64,000 nucleotides of DNA from Octopus sinensis (lineage: Eukaryota), in the NCBI RefSeq assembly GCF_006345805.1, contig NC_042997.1, positions 206,088,001 through 206,152,000 of the forward strand. Reading direction: 5' to 3'. Shown one piece after another: positions 26,010 through 39,282 of the stretch. Both the position numbers and the translations under genes were made by a program. Every line of letters starts with the position of its first letter. Position 1 is the first letter of the stretch. Under the pieces are notes generated by a model, which saw only the letters and a program-made list of their open reading frames with translations, did no database searches and had not been told where the DNA came from.

Positions 26010-27725
26010 CCTTCTTTCATGAAGCCTGACTGCCACCTTATAACCTATCAGTCAGGAGACTCCGCTAGCCAAATAGACTTCATCCTCACCAGACAGCGGG
26101 ATGCAGGGTCGCTCTTAAATACAAAGACCCTCCCGGGTGAAGAATGTATCCCTCAGCATAGGCTAATCATTAGTGACTTTAAGCTTGAGGCCAGAAGGAC
26201 TCCAAGAAACAGACCAATCCAGAAAAGAAGGATTTCGAAGCTAAAGAACCCTTCACATGGTTAGAGATTTAGGGACATCCTCATCAAGAAATTTGATGGA
26301 GGAGCTTCAGACGTTGGATATAGAAGGTAGCTGGGAATTCCTATGGGACAGCTTGCTGAGTGCCACAGACCAAGTCTGTGGATGGTGCAAAGTCCCTTCC
26401 AGACCTAGAGTTACGTGGTGGTGGAATAGTGCAGTAGACAAAGCCATTAGAAACTCCATAAGATGCACCCAGTGTAAGCTATGGTTGCATAAGAGGTGCA
26501 GCACCATCAAAGGAAATTAACTGATTAGATAGCTTTCATGTGCGGCAGATGCACAGGGACAATAGACACCACAGATACTCAGAAAACAGATTCCATCACA
26601 CTCCAGGGGGAGAAACTAGAAGTAGTTGATAGTTTCCGCTACCTGGGTGACCAAGTTAGTAGTGGAGGTGGATGCTCAGAGAGTGTCACCACTAGAATAC
26701 GAATAGCCTGGGCAAAGTTCAGAAAGCTCCTACCCCTACAGGCGACACAGGGTCTCTTGCTCAAAGTGAAAGGTAGATTGTATGACACATGTGTGCGAAC
26801 TGCCATGCTTCACGGTAGTGAAACATGGGCTGTGACTGCAGAGGACATGCGTAGACTTTAAAGGAATGAAGCTAGCATGATCCGCTGGATGTGTAATGTC
26901 AGTGTGCGCGCACGACAGAGGGTAAGCACCCTGAGAGAAATGCTGGACATAAGAAGCATCAGATGTGGTGTGCATGTACTGCGGATGGATGAGGAGAGAT
27001 GTGTGAAGAAGTGCCAAGCATGACCTCAGGTAGTCAAGCATGACCTCAGAGCGTTAGGCCTCACTGAGGCAATGGCGAAGGACCGAGATCTCTGGAGATA
27101 TGCTGTGACTGCAAAGACCCGGGCTGCTTCCTGCACCAGTTCTGCATAGCCCCTGCCCATTCAAATTACCTTTGATTCCAGAACATCCCCCTGTGCTTGA
27201 GGAGACCTGTTGAGTCAAGTACATGAACATCGAAATAAATATCAATGGAAATAGTAGTTGTGATACCTGTGCCGGTGGCACATAAAAAGCACCATCCGAA
27301 CGTTGCTGTTGCCAGCGCCGCCTTGACTGGCTTCTGTGCCGGTGGCACATAAAAAGCACCATCCAAACGTGGCCGATGCCAGCGCCGCCTCAACTGGCTT
27401 CAGTGCCGGTGGGACATAAAAAGCACCATCCGAACGTAGCCGATGCCAGCTCTGCCTTGCCTGGCTTCCGTGCCGGTGGCACGTTAAAAGCACCAACCGA
27501 TCGTGGCCGATGCCGGACTCCCCTGGCACCTGTGCAGGTGGCACATAAAAAGCACCCACTACACTTGTGGAGTGGTTGGCATTAGGAAGGGCATCTAGCT
27601 GTAGAAACCCTGCCAGATCAGACTGGAGCCTGGTGCAGCCTTCTGGCTTCCCAGACCCCGGTCGAACCATCCAACCCGTGCTAGCGCGGAAAACGGACGT
27701 TAAACGATGATGATGATGATGATGA
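26010..27725 (+). mobile_element. RTE-clade LINE, internally deleted derivative
   Basis: APE end (SQIDFIL...QHRLI) jumps near 26445 (DKAIR|NSIRCTQC) to the RT C-terminal part, so the RT core is missing. The 3' UTR and (GAT)n tail are present. Confidence 0.85.
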
Positions 27726-27924
27726 TATATATATATATATATATATACATAAGTAAGTTAAATTAGAGTTTATAACAACTGTTTAAGGGATGCTTGTATC
27801 CAATGAATCCACTAGTGTATTACCTATATTTAATCAGGAGCATTGGTACTAATGCTCCTGAATTACAAGTATTGATACGAATAAACTAAAGTTTATCAAT
27901 ATTCAAGGAAAGCAGAAAATTTAG

Positions 27925-30400
27925 ATAAAATTGATAACAATTTATCCGCATCAATTATCATTTATTACCTAATTACAAAAAGAAAGAATCTCAACTTACA
28001 GCTGTTTCCATTAGTGTAATACCCAGGATTAACCACCACAATAATAATAATAGTTATCATTGTAAGTAATTAATTATACTAATTTGAATAAACAGATCTT
28101 CATCAGGTTGGAAGGGTAAATAAAAGTAAAAAGAAAAAAAAGCAGGAAGTGAGAATAGTGACAATTCATGTTACATACTGACCCACTGGGAAACTTTCAA
28201 CTGACTAGAATTTAGAAATAGAATTGGGATAGCTTTAATATTAAGTGTTATATTCCTATATAGGGTGGGATGGCATGGGTTAAATATATAATAGTAACTA
28301 TATGAGCAATTTGGTTTGGTCAAAAAAGAAAATATAAAAGAAATATATTAGAAATATCAGTGGTTATAGAACTAAATTATAACAGTCGACTATAATTCAT
28401 TATTTATTCATTTCGTATGTATTTTACTTACTATTATAATTAGGCATTATGGAGATGTACTTGCATAGCGAGTGACCTGATCTGAGATCGAGTGCTGGAA
28501 CAAAAACAATTGCAGCTTGGAAGGTGTTTATAAGCCATTTAAGAAACACACAAAGACAGTTAGATTCACTTCAACATCTAAATTTCATTTGTCAAAATAT
28601 TTTCATCGCTTTGAGACCACGACCTGTTCCCTGACAAAATTCCGTGCTGCATAGAATTTTGTCAGTGAACAGGTCGCAGTCTCAAAGCGACAAAAATATC
28701 TTGACAAATTAAATTTATATGTTGAAGTGAATCTAATGGTTTCTGTGTTTTTAAATGGCTTATAAACACCTTCCACGCTGCAATTGTTATAATTAGGCAG
28801 AATATCTGAAACAACCTGAGGTCAGGAGTAGGATTGATCTGGGCAGTAAGAGGATACTATTGGTCAGTTAATTTTCAAAAACAAAAGGCTGGCCATTAAG
28901 AAACCTTTAATCGCTGTAGCTAAATGGTAAACAATGGATATATGCTGTAAGGGGCCTTATGTCTCTTATATCAGTGCATGTTAAAAGCATATAATGTAGA
29001 ATGGGACAGATATGCGTATTTGTGGTTCATGGGAGGCAAGTGGTAAAGAATGTATAGCCGCTGTTAAATTAAGTGATGCAATATGTATAGATGGGCGTGC
29101 TATATCTAATTTATAATAATATGCACCTCAATAAACTCTGTTATAATATATATTTTTACATATACACACACACACACACACATATACATATTTCTATATA
29201 TTTTTCTGCATATTTGAATATTTTTTGTGAGTGAAAATGAGCAAATTGTTACAGTAATTATCAAAAATAAAATAAAGCAGGTTATAAAGTTTATCAGATA
29301 ACAAAAAGAGTGGGTGGCCAAGGGGACTAGCTAGAATCTAGGAGGGTGGTGTGTGTATCAGTGCATGTGCATTTTTATTTTGCGGTGCCTCTTCACACAC
29401 ATATAGGTACTCATAGGCCTACACACATACATCCATGAATGTACTTGTGCATCCACAAGTTGCTATATATGTGTAGATTCATGCACACACACGAATATAC
29501 AGTCATGTGTAAATTAATATAGAAATAAAGGTAAGTACATACCTATATGTGAGTGAAAATTTGATCCTGTGTTGTTAAGTAATGAGAGTGTTGTTTAGGG
29601 GAGATGGTAAAAGTAAATTATTTAACTGGGAGGGGGTGTATATGTTTTAAGATATATAATTGTTGAGTTTAAAAAGGTGGGTAGAAATTAATTAATCAAT
29701 CAATTTAATTTATTAGTTGGTCAATTAGTCAGTCAATTAAGTTCCAATTTATCTATAGTTATGGTGAAGAACTATCGGTAACTATTATGGGAGAGGAGGA
29801 GTAGAGAAGTAGATAATTTCAATTATATCTAGAGAATACATGTTTACTTATGTGCAAGCAAGGGGAGTCTAGCTAAATAGATGAAAAGTTTTTCAGTAAT
29901 ACATTGGTAACATTTTTTATTTTTAAAATATAACAGGGTGCTGAAGTATCTCCCATTCCAAATCAGAGCTAATGTTTTTATCCTTAAGTTCCCAAATGAA
30001 TTTACTTAATCCAGTTGAGTTATGTTTATTTTTTTCTTAACCCACACATTCACCCACCCCCCATTATAGGAATATACCACTAAATATTATAACCAATACA
30101 ATTCTGTTTCTAAATTCTAGTCAGTCGAAAATTTTCCAGTGGGTCAGCATGTAGCATGAATTGATTATCACCATTTTCACTTTCTCCTTTTTCTTTCTTT
30201 TTTACTTTTATTTTATTTACCCTTCTGCACTGATAAAGTTCCGTGGTATAATTAATTACTTACAATGATAACTATTATTATTATTATTGCGGTGGTTAAG
30301 ACTGGGAATCACTCTAATGGAAACAGCTGTAGGTTGAGACTCTGTCATTTTGTAATTTATTAATAAATGATAATTGATGTAAATCATTTGTTATTCATCA
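27925..30400. repeat. Diverged long inverted repeat (arms about 27925-28290 and 30030-30400), PLE pseudo-LTR-like
   Basis: Shared blocks such as CTGACCCACTGG/CCAGTGGGTCAG and TTACAGCTGTTTCCATTAG/CTAATGGAAACAGCTGTA. Confidence 0.8.
28505..28788. repeat. Nested fold-back hairpin, about 135-bp arms and 11-nt loop
   Basis: CTGACAAAATTC-cgtgctgcata-GAATTTTGTCAG at the centre; arms extend to AACAATTGCAGC/GCTGCAATTGTT. Confidence 0.9.
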
Positions 30401-30423
30401 ATTGTATCTCCATTTTCTTCTTT

Positions 30424-30454
<31 letters not shown>

Positions 30455-30461
<7 letters not shown>

Positions 30462-30688
30462 TCGTTTAACATACGTTTTTCCATGCTTGCATGGGTTGGA
30501 CTGTTTAACCGGGGTCTGGGAAGCCAGGAGGCTGCACCAGGCTCCAGTCTGACCTGGCAGTGTTTCTACAGCTGGATGCCCTTCCTAATGTCAACCACTC
30601 CGTGAGTGAAGTGGGTGCTTTTTACGTGCCACTGGCACAGGGGCCCAGAGGAGGCTGGCAACGGCCCACAGGGACAGAGGAGGCTGGC

Positions 30689-30690
<2 letters not shown>
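30455..30690 (-). mobile_element. RTE 3' UTR fragment
   Basis: CATCGTTTAACATACGTTTTCCATGC...GGATGCCCTTCCTAA motif shared with other copies. Confidence 0.75.
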
Positions 30691-30745
<55 letters not shown>

Positions 30746-30754
<9 letters not shown>

Positions 30755-31466
30755 TAAGAGAGTGGTCATATATGGCTCACTCTAGCACCAGTTAATCCAA
30801 AAGGTTTCAACCACAAAATACATGTTTCCATGAAAGCCAGTACGATTGTTAGCTCACACGGACAGGGCAAATAAAAATAACAAAAATACAGATTATTTGG
30901 GACAATTGTTTCGCTATTAATGAATTAAATGTATTTACTTACAAAAAAAATCCATGTAGCTCCTCAGCCAAAACTATCTGGATGGAAATCCACTCAATCA
31001 CACGCCAGATTTTACCATAACGATAAATACGCGTGTGGTTCAATTGATTACATCCGACGTTATAATTCAAATGCCCCAACTAACAGCGCGCCAACTTTCA
31101 CGGAAAACAAATACAGCATTTAGAAATAAATGCAGCATAATTATAATTAATAATAAGGGTGAATTATAACGTCGATGTAATCAATTGAACCACACGCGTA
31201 TTTATCGTTAGGTAAAATCTGCGTGTGATTGAGTGGATTTCATCCGATAGTTTTCTGAGGACTACAAGTGGATTTTTTGTAAGTATTACATTTAATTCAT
31301 TAATAGCGAAACATTGTCCCAAAATAATCTGTATTTTTGTTATTTTTTATTTGCCCTGTCGGTGAGCTACAATCGTACTGGCTTTCATGGGAAACAGTAT
31401 TGTGGTTGAAACCTTTTGGATAACTGGTGCTAGAGTGAGCCATTGACCACTCTCTTATATTTATTT
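30746..31466. mobile_element. ORF-less fold-back element (arms 30746-31069 and 31160-31466, 90-bp spacer) carrying hammerhead motifs
   Basis: Arms are reverse complements; the right arm carries many 1-2 nt deletions. Confidence 0.85.
30896..30972 (-). ncRNA. Canonical type I minimal hammerhead ribozyme
   Basis: 5'-UUUGG CUGAGGA GCUA...UAGC GAAA C AAUU G UC CCAAA-3'. Perfect stem I, G-C closing stem II, intact core, palindromic AAUU loop, GUC cleavage site. Confidence 0.8.
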
Positions 31467-31609
31467 GTAAAAATATTATAATATATTATAAAATATTATA
31501 ATAATCCAGGTTTCTCGGAGCACTAGGCCACTTGGTGTTGAATAGATATACTATTAAATTAGTATCTAATCTCTCACCCTTATTAATTAATTATATATAT
31601 ATATATATA

Positions 31610-33570
31610 TCTTAATATATACAATTAGTTCTGTCTGTCTGTTTGTGCGCTTATAACTTGAGTATTGTTCATCTGGTCATGCTAAAATTTTAAACATGGA
31701 TACACCGCCTATTACTTGTCAAGCTTCAAGCGTATAGTTTCCATCCGGATATTGTACGATGGGTTGGTGCCTTCCTCTCAGATCGCTCCTTCCAAATCCA
31801 AGTTAATGGTTCGCGGTCCGACGTCTCCAGTGCAAGCAGTGGCGTGCCTCAAGGTTCAGTGCTTGGGCCCTTATTGTTCTTAGTCTTCATAAATGACTTG
31901 CCTGACGACCTCACACAACACACCCTTCTATTTGCCGACGATGTCAAACTGGTCGCTCCTCGCGGTGATATAGAGCATCTTCGTCGATGCCTCCACCAAA
32001 TTTGGAGATGGTCTAACGAATGGGACCTGTGTCTGAACGTGTCAAAGTGCTGTCATCTGCCTGTTGGCTCTCCTCCTGCAACTCAACTTGATTTCGAGCC
32101 GGGTCGTCTGCTGCTGGAGAGGACCGATCAGGTAAAGGACCTGGGTATCTTGGTAGATTCCTCCTTTTTGCCTTCGGCCCAGTGCATCCATGCTGCCAAC
32201 AAAGCACGCAGAGTTCTGTTCTTGATTCGACGGTCATTCGGAATGCTCACAGCAGCCATATTCCTACCGCTCTATGTCACGCTGGTGAGACCCATATTGG
32301 AGTACGGGATTCAAGCCTCTTCTCCTTATCTCCTCAAAGACATACAGCATCTCGAAAGAGTCCAAAAGCTGGCTACCCACATGGTTCTTGGTCTCAAGAA
32401 TTTGTCTTATGAAGAAAGGCTGAAGACGCTCGACCTTTATTCTCTAGAAAAACGACAATGCCATGGTGATCTCATTCTTGCTCACAACATCATAAGCGGA
32501 GAGTGTAACCTCTCGAAAGAGCTGTTCTTCACTCCTGCTCCAGAGCGTTGGCTGCGGGGTCATTCCGAAAAGCTCTATCTGCGACGATTTCATCTCAATC
32601 AAAGGAGAGGGGCTTTCTCCGTCCGGGTTGCGGATCCGTGGAATAAGCTGCCGGACAAGATGGTGAAGATGCCGACGACCGCTCAGTTCAAAGTCTCCCT
32701 TGACCACAAGTGGCCTGAACTCTTTACATGAACACCACCCTGTACATAACTCCATGTCCCCCTACATGGCCTTGCTTTTTGCTTTTTGAGCCAAAAAATT
32801 AACTAACTAACTAACATGACAGAGCTGGTCATTCCGTAATCGAAAAACATTTTCAAAATAGTTAGTTTCAAGGTGAGAATCGCTATTTTTGTAATCTTTT
32901 CGTCCTGTTTGTTCCACCATTAAAATCAACCAGTTGCTGAGACAGCCGGCGCATACCATTTCACTAGCAACAAGGTAAGTACAGGATGACAATCAACCAA
33001 AATTGTCACTATGCTGTCTCTCTTATGACATCCAATTACACTTGAAGTTGTATATATATTGTGTTAAGATTCGTTATCAATCAATTACCTTATTGAGAAG
33101 AAAGTCAAAAGTAACCACCACATACAATCACCAAACATCCTCATTACTTAACACCGTCCAAGTTAACCCTTTTCACCTTTACAGCTGACATGAAAAGCTC
33201 CGCAAATAAGAGAAAAAACTGATTGTTATTAAAACGCGTAAAATTTTGGGATTAATAATCTTAATCTCTAATTACAGTTTCTCATTATACTACATAATAG
33301 GCAGAATTGTCAGATTAAGACAGTAGGATGTTTTGAGGTAGATTTGGCTACTATTTCTACCAGGTCTAGCTACCATGTAGAGGTCTCCCACATTGGCTCA
33401 TACATACATATAGATATAAAATCGAAATAAAATACTTAAAGTAACAGTCGTCAAAGACAAAATCCAAGGTCAATGCAGTGTCATGGGCCAAAAAAATGTC
33501 TAACTTCTTGCCTAATGCAAGCCCAGAGCAATCTCTTATCTTTTCACTATTTCAGTAAAACTGTAAAAAC
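31610..33570 (+). mobile_element. Helitron-like non-autonomous element interrupted by a CR1 insertion
   Basis: TCTTAATATATAC...CTGTCTGTCTG start; about 33465-33560 matches the Helitron body at about 2545-2640 (reverse complement). Confidence 0.45.
31717..32815 (+). mobile_element. CR1-group LINE, 5'-truncated RT
   Basis: ORF 31844-32731 VPQGSVLGP, LFADDVKL, LVRPILEY, LSYEERLKTLDLYSLE; (AACT)n tail. Confidence 0.9.
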
Positions 33571-33905
33571 TGTAAAGCCAGAAATGTAGTCTATAGTATA
33601 AGATGTATAGAGGGACGATGCAGTAACAAGACAATAACAAACGTAGGGGAAATGTCAAGAAGCATAGGAGAGCGGGTGAATGAACATTGGACACAACTCA
33701 AGGAAGGTAAAAGCACATCGATTCTGTACCAACACGCCGAACAAGAACACGGGGATCAATCAATAACATAGAGATTAAGATATTGTCCACACATAGAACA
33801 GACGCAACAATTAGACAAATTACAGAAGCTACACATATAATAGAAAATAAACCTAGCCTGAATAGAAAACTAGAATGGAGCAATAGCACACACCACAACA
33901 TATGA
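33571..33905 (+). mobile_element. PLE GIY-YIG endonuclease remnant (frameshifted)
   Basis: CKARNVVYSIRC...NVGEMSRSIGERVNEH...[10 protein letters not shown] / [13 protein letters not shown]...PSLNRKLEW. Confidence 0.75.
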
Positions 33906-34089
33906 CGATAGAGGATCCCGAAAACATAATAAATACACAGATAAATAAACAAATAGAAATGAATAACTATATATATGTATATATATCTATGTATGTATAT
34001 GTATGTATGTGTATATATATGTATATATATATATGTATGTATATGTGTATATATATGTGTATGTGTATATGTATATATATATGTATATG

Positions 34090-34128
<39 letters not shown>

Positions 34129-34669
34129 TTTCCGATTAGATTTATTATTATTATTACTAATATTGTTGTTATACATACATACAAGCATATGTAATGATAA
34201 TAATGGGTGGATGTAAACACATGAACAAAATTAGAACAAAAGCAACAACAACAAAATCAGAATACAAATTACATGAATGTATATAAACAGAAGATACAAA
34301 TATTACAGGCATTCCCCCCCACACACACACACTAAATAAACATAGACGCACATAGAGATATAAGCATGCGCAAATGAAGACATACAATAGAAATACAAAA
34401 TGGCTGACGGTTAGTAAGGAGAGACACAAATACGAAAAAAGAAAACAAAAGACCACTGATGCGGTCACAGGAGTGTGACGAAAGAACTCTGGCCGAAATA
34501 AGATTAAGATTAATGTAAAAAATAAATATCACTGAAGCAAAATAACACCAAATATATAGTGCGTGTGTTTTTATTGGCTAAACTGGCAATATGACCATTC
34601 CGAAATATAACAATGTCTGTTTCAACACACGACTTCACATAAAAAATCTTGCACAACAAATATTTAAAC

Positions 34670-34705
<36 letters not shown>

Positions 34706-34709
<4 letters not shown>

Positions 34710-34740
34710 CAGAGATACCTGGCGTTGCCCGTGTTATATG
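34706..34740 (-). mobile_element. Helitron 3' terminus
   Basis: Minus strand CACGGGCAACGCCAGGTATCTCTGCTA, same motif as 41433-41458(+). Confidence 0.5.
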
Positions 34741-35429
34741 CAATTGAAGAATTAGACTTTTCCATTATATTTTCTCTAATGAACTGGAATATCTATGTTT
34801 CGAATTTCATCAAAATTGCAGATGAAGGTTACTTCCCTCTTTACACACCCCCAAAAAATTGTAATCGTGCCACATGTATCCCATACTACTGATTTTTATG
34901 CGCACATTCCAAAATTCCAGTCTTATTGAACCTGTCAAAAAGATTTTGCTCTTGAAAAATAAAGGTCATGGAGCTCTAAAATGTGAGAGTCAAGGCCCCT
35001 GTTGGGGGTGGGCATCTTAATGTCAACCAGAGAAGTTGAATTGTTGAGAATCTTTTTAACTTGGGTCTTATATCTATTGTGTGAATTTCTTTGGAATAGG
35101 AAATATGTGTTCACTGGGTTTGTAAAAGAGAGCAAAGCTACAGGAAACCAAAAGACGAATGATCACAATAAGCAGTCAGTTACCCTACCCTAGTTGTTAC
35201 CACTCCCAATGTAGGATTCCTCACCATCCAGGGGACAGGCACAGCCGTAAGATGCATTACGAATCTATAGCAATTGGAAGGGCGTGACCCAACTGAAATC
35301 AACATTAGCAACTGTGTGAAGTAAGGGCTAAGGAGAAATGAAAGTTGGAGTTTGCAAATGACCACTATACTGATACGTAACTGGACAGAATAAATTTACA
35401 ATCTATAAATGTCTTTGAATAACCAGTCA

Positions 35430-35660
35430 CTCATCAGGGAAGGCTTTAAAATCAATGTTACCATCTGGGGACTATGTGTGACCCAGTGATAATAAAAAGA
35501 CTGAAAGGAGGTCTGCAATCAAATAACTTTACTCAACACTTTGCAACTGAATCTGTGGAGGCAAAGATGCCTCTCATTTACTTGACAATTTATGCACCAC
35601 ATTGCAGAAATCACAATGTAAGTATATGTTAAAGCAAACTCTTACACTGTTGTACCATTG
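35430..35660 (+). mobile_element. Possible highly decayed PIF1-like (Helitron) helicase C-terminal fragment
   Basis: Frameshifted GLC(N)GT..IIKRL and TTLQKSQ-like motifs only. Confidence 0.3.
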
Positions 35661-36469
35661 AATTAGAAATAATGCTCAACTTTTATGCTCGGGTAACACT
35701 ACAGCTTCCAAGAGCAAACTGTATTCGTTTTGCTTTGATACAATGACAAAATTGTGGGTGTTAAATCCCCATGGAGGGGTCTTTCTAACTTGTAAGAAGA
35801 TGAAATATTATAAATATTACTTCATTTGTGTCTAATATCTATGGTTAAAATTTTATCAACAGCAAAAATATATGAATTGTCATGGGGGTTATAGCCCTTA
35901 TGCATAGAATATAATTTCCAAATTTCATAAAGATCCATTCAGTACTTTTGACTTAGTTTTGGATCATAAAAGAAATGACTAAAATTTGGGAGTTAAGGCG
36001 GCTCCCATTAGAGTGTTATATATATATATATATTTATGTGTGTGTATGTGTGTGTGTGTAGATAGATAGATAGATACACACACACATACAAAGATAAATT
36101 GATAGATACAACTGAGTGGGCAAACAAAAATATGAGACACAGCCTAGTGCTTTTTTCATGTTGATAAGCCTGGTACTTATTCTATTAGTTTGTTCTTGTG
36201 AAAGCAGTAAGTTATGAGGATGTAAATAAATGAACAGCAGTTGTGAAGCAGTGATGACGGCAAAACACAGATACAAAGACACACACATACACTTACATAT
36301 ATACATACATATATATACGGTTGATTTGTTTCAGATCCTGTGTACAAAATCCATATATATTGTTGTTGGCATCCTTTTTGTATCGGGAAACAATAGAGTT
36401 GCGCATAAAATAATTTAGCCTGGCTTTTACATTTTATGTCCTAATATATCTCCTGCTGTGGCTGTGTAG

Positions 36470-39060
36470 TCCTATCCTGGACAATCACTCCCTCTGGCAG
36501 GTGCCGCAAATGTAGCGAAAATTTTGCCTGGCTGGTCGTAATGTCATATTTCCTTGTTGACGTCTTTTCTTGTCCTTCCATTTCTCCTTTCTCTCTCTGT
36601 CACTCCTTTGTGTTCCCTCTTTTATGGTATGTCACCAATCTCCACGGTTGCTGGCAACTGCTTCCCAGTTCCTAATATTGATGTTGCAGGCATTCATGTC
36701 CCTTTTGCAAGCATCCTTGTATCATAAGAACGGTCTTCCCAAAGACCTAGTGCCCCTAGCAAGCTCTCTGTTGAGTATGTCCTTGGGGATTCTGCCATCT
36801 TCCATACGGCTAACATGTCCAAGCCATCTCATACGTCTTTGTGTGAGGAGTGCAAACATGCTTGGTATTCCTGCTTGCTTGAGGACATGATTCTGCCATT
36901 TGATGCCAAGGATTTTCCGGAGGCAGCGCAGGTGAAAGATATTTAGGCGATGCTCTTGGCATGTGTATGGCGTCCAAGTCTCACTTCCATACAGTAGAGT
37001 GCTAAGTACACATGCCTGGTAAATCTTCATTTTTGTGGTCTTGGTCAGCTTATTGTTGTCCCATGCCCGTTTTGAGAGTTGGACCATCACAGCAGCTGCC
37101 TTACCAATGCGTATATTGAGCTCAGCATCAAGGGATAGGTTGTAGCTGACGGTAGAGCCAAGATAGGTAAAGTACTCCACCTCCTGTAATCTGTGGTCTC
37201 CAATATATATGTTTGGGATGTCCGATGAAGCCTGACCCATGATGTTGGTCTTCTTGAGGCTGATAACTAATCCAAAGTCGCTACATGCTTGCTCAAAACA
37301 GTTGATGAGCCTTTGTAGGGCTTCTTCTGTGTATGATACCAGAGCGGCATCATCAGCAAATAGCATTTCCTTGATCAGGATGCTTCTGATTTTGGTCTTG
37401 GCATGCAGACGCGAGAGATTGAACAGTTTCCCGTCACTTCTACTGTGAAGAAACACTCCATCATCTGATGTCTCAAAGGCATGTGACAGCAGCAGCGAGA
37501 AGATGCCAAATAATGTAGGAGCAAGGACACAACCTTGCTTACCTCGTTTTTTATTTGGAAGGCGGCTGATGTTGAACCATTGTGCTGTATGGTGCCTTGC
37601 ATATCATCATGGAAAGATTTGTTGATCCTCAGCAGCTTTGGTGGACATCCGATTTTTTGGAGCAGGATGAAGAGGCCTTTTCTACTTAACAAGTCAAAGG
37701 CCTTTGTCAGATCAATGAAGGCCATATATAATGGCATTTTCTGCTCTCTGGACTTCTCCTGAAGTTGGCGCATGGAAAATATCATGTCAATAGTGGATTT
37801 GCTTCTTCTAAAGCCAAAATGCGATTCTGGATAAATTCGAGAAGCAAGCAGTTGTAGCCTGGACAGGATAATGCGAGCAAAAGCCTTTCCAACAGTGCTT
37901 AGAAGAGATATTCTACGGTAATTGTTACAATTACCACGGTCACCTTTGTTTTTGTAAAGCGTAATGATGTTGACATCCCGCATATCCCGAGGGACTGTAC
38001 CCTCTTTCCAGCACTGACACAGAAGCTCATGAAGGTGCTGAAGTAGGATGGTGTTTTTGCCAGATTTGATGTTCTCTAAGGGGATGCCGTCTTTTCCCAG
38101 AGCCTTGTTGCTTGCTAGGGAGTCAATAGCCTTGGTGAGCTCTGCTGTAGATGGCAGACTGTCAAGTTCGCACATGACTGGCAAGATCTTGACACCCTCG
38201 ATTGCTGCCTCAACTACCGTGGTCTCCTATGAGTAGAGATCCTGGTAGTACTCCACCCATCTATCCATTTGCTTGCTTTGGTCCTTCATGAGATCTCCAG
38301 TAGTTGATTTCAGAGGAGCTGACTTGGTTGTTGATGGACGGAGGACCTTCTTCAAACTGGCATACATCCCATGGGTGTCGCCACTGTCAGCACCTGACTG
38401 GATACACTGACAGATTTCCTGCCAATACCTATTTACACAGCGTCTGGCAGTCAGTCATGTTTTATTTCTTGCCTTTCTGAGTTCTTCGAATGACTTTGTA
38501 GAAGAATCACTCTTGTATTGCATCAGAGCTGCACGCTTTGCTTCGATAACTATTTCCAGCTTTGAGAGCCCAGCACTGAACCAATCTGGGTTTTGCCTTT
38601 CTCTCATGCCGAAAGTATCTATTGATGTGGTATAAAAGCTTCCCTGATATAATTCCACCTACTTTCAGCAGAGGAGGTTGGGCAGCTACTGAGGGCAACC
38701 TTGATAGAAGCAGCAAAACATTTTCGCAGTGTAGGGTCCGAGGTTCTGGCAGTGTTAATGCGTGGTCGGCCCATTTTCTTGAAGTGATGGACTTTTTTAG
38801 GCAGAATCCTCACCCTGCTTCTTATTAGCGAATGATCTGTGTCACAATCTGCGCTTTGGTAACTATGGGTCAGTTGATCAGAATTCAAAAAGGATCTTTG
38901 TGTAATGATGAGTTCCAGCTGATGCATTGGTGAGAACTTGGATGTCTCCAAGATGCCTTGTGGGATGTCTTGTTGGGAAAGTATGTGTTGGTGATGCACA
39001 GGTTATGGTATGTGCAAAATTCAAGTAGTCTCTGGCCATTGTCATTCATGTTGCCAATAC
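36470..39060 (-). mobile_element. RTE-clade (BovB-like) LINE, degenerate, APE through RT
   Basis: NGQRLLEFC...TNTYF (APE); RRISLLSTVGKAF, FIDLTKAFD, MLFADDAAL, YLGSTV, LLYGSETW, WLGHVSRM. Confidence 0.9.
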
Positions 39061-39132
39061 CAAAACACATACACTTACATATATACATACAAATATATAC
39101 GATTGATTTGTTTCAGTTCCTGTCTACGAAAT

Positions 39133-39206
<74 letters not shown>

Positions 39207-39282
39207 ACACACGCACACACACGCACACGCACACAAACACACACAAAGATAAATTGATAGATACAACTGAGTGGGCAAACAA

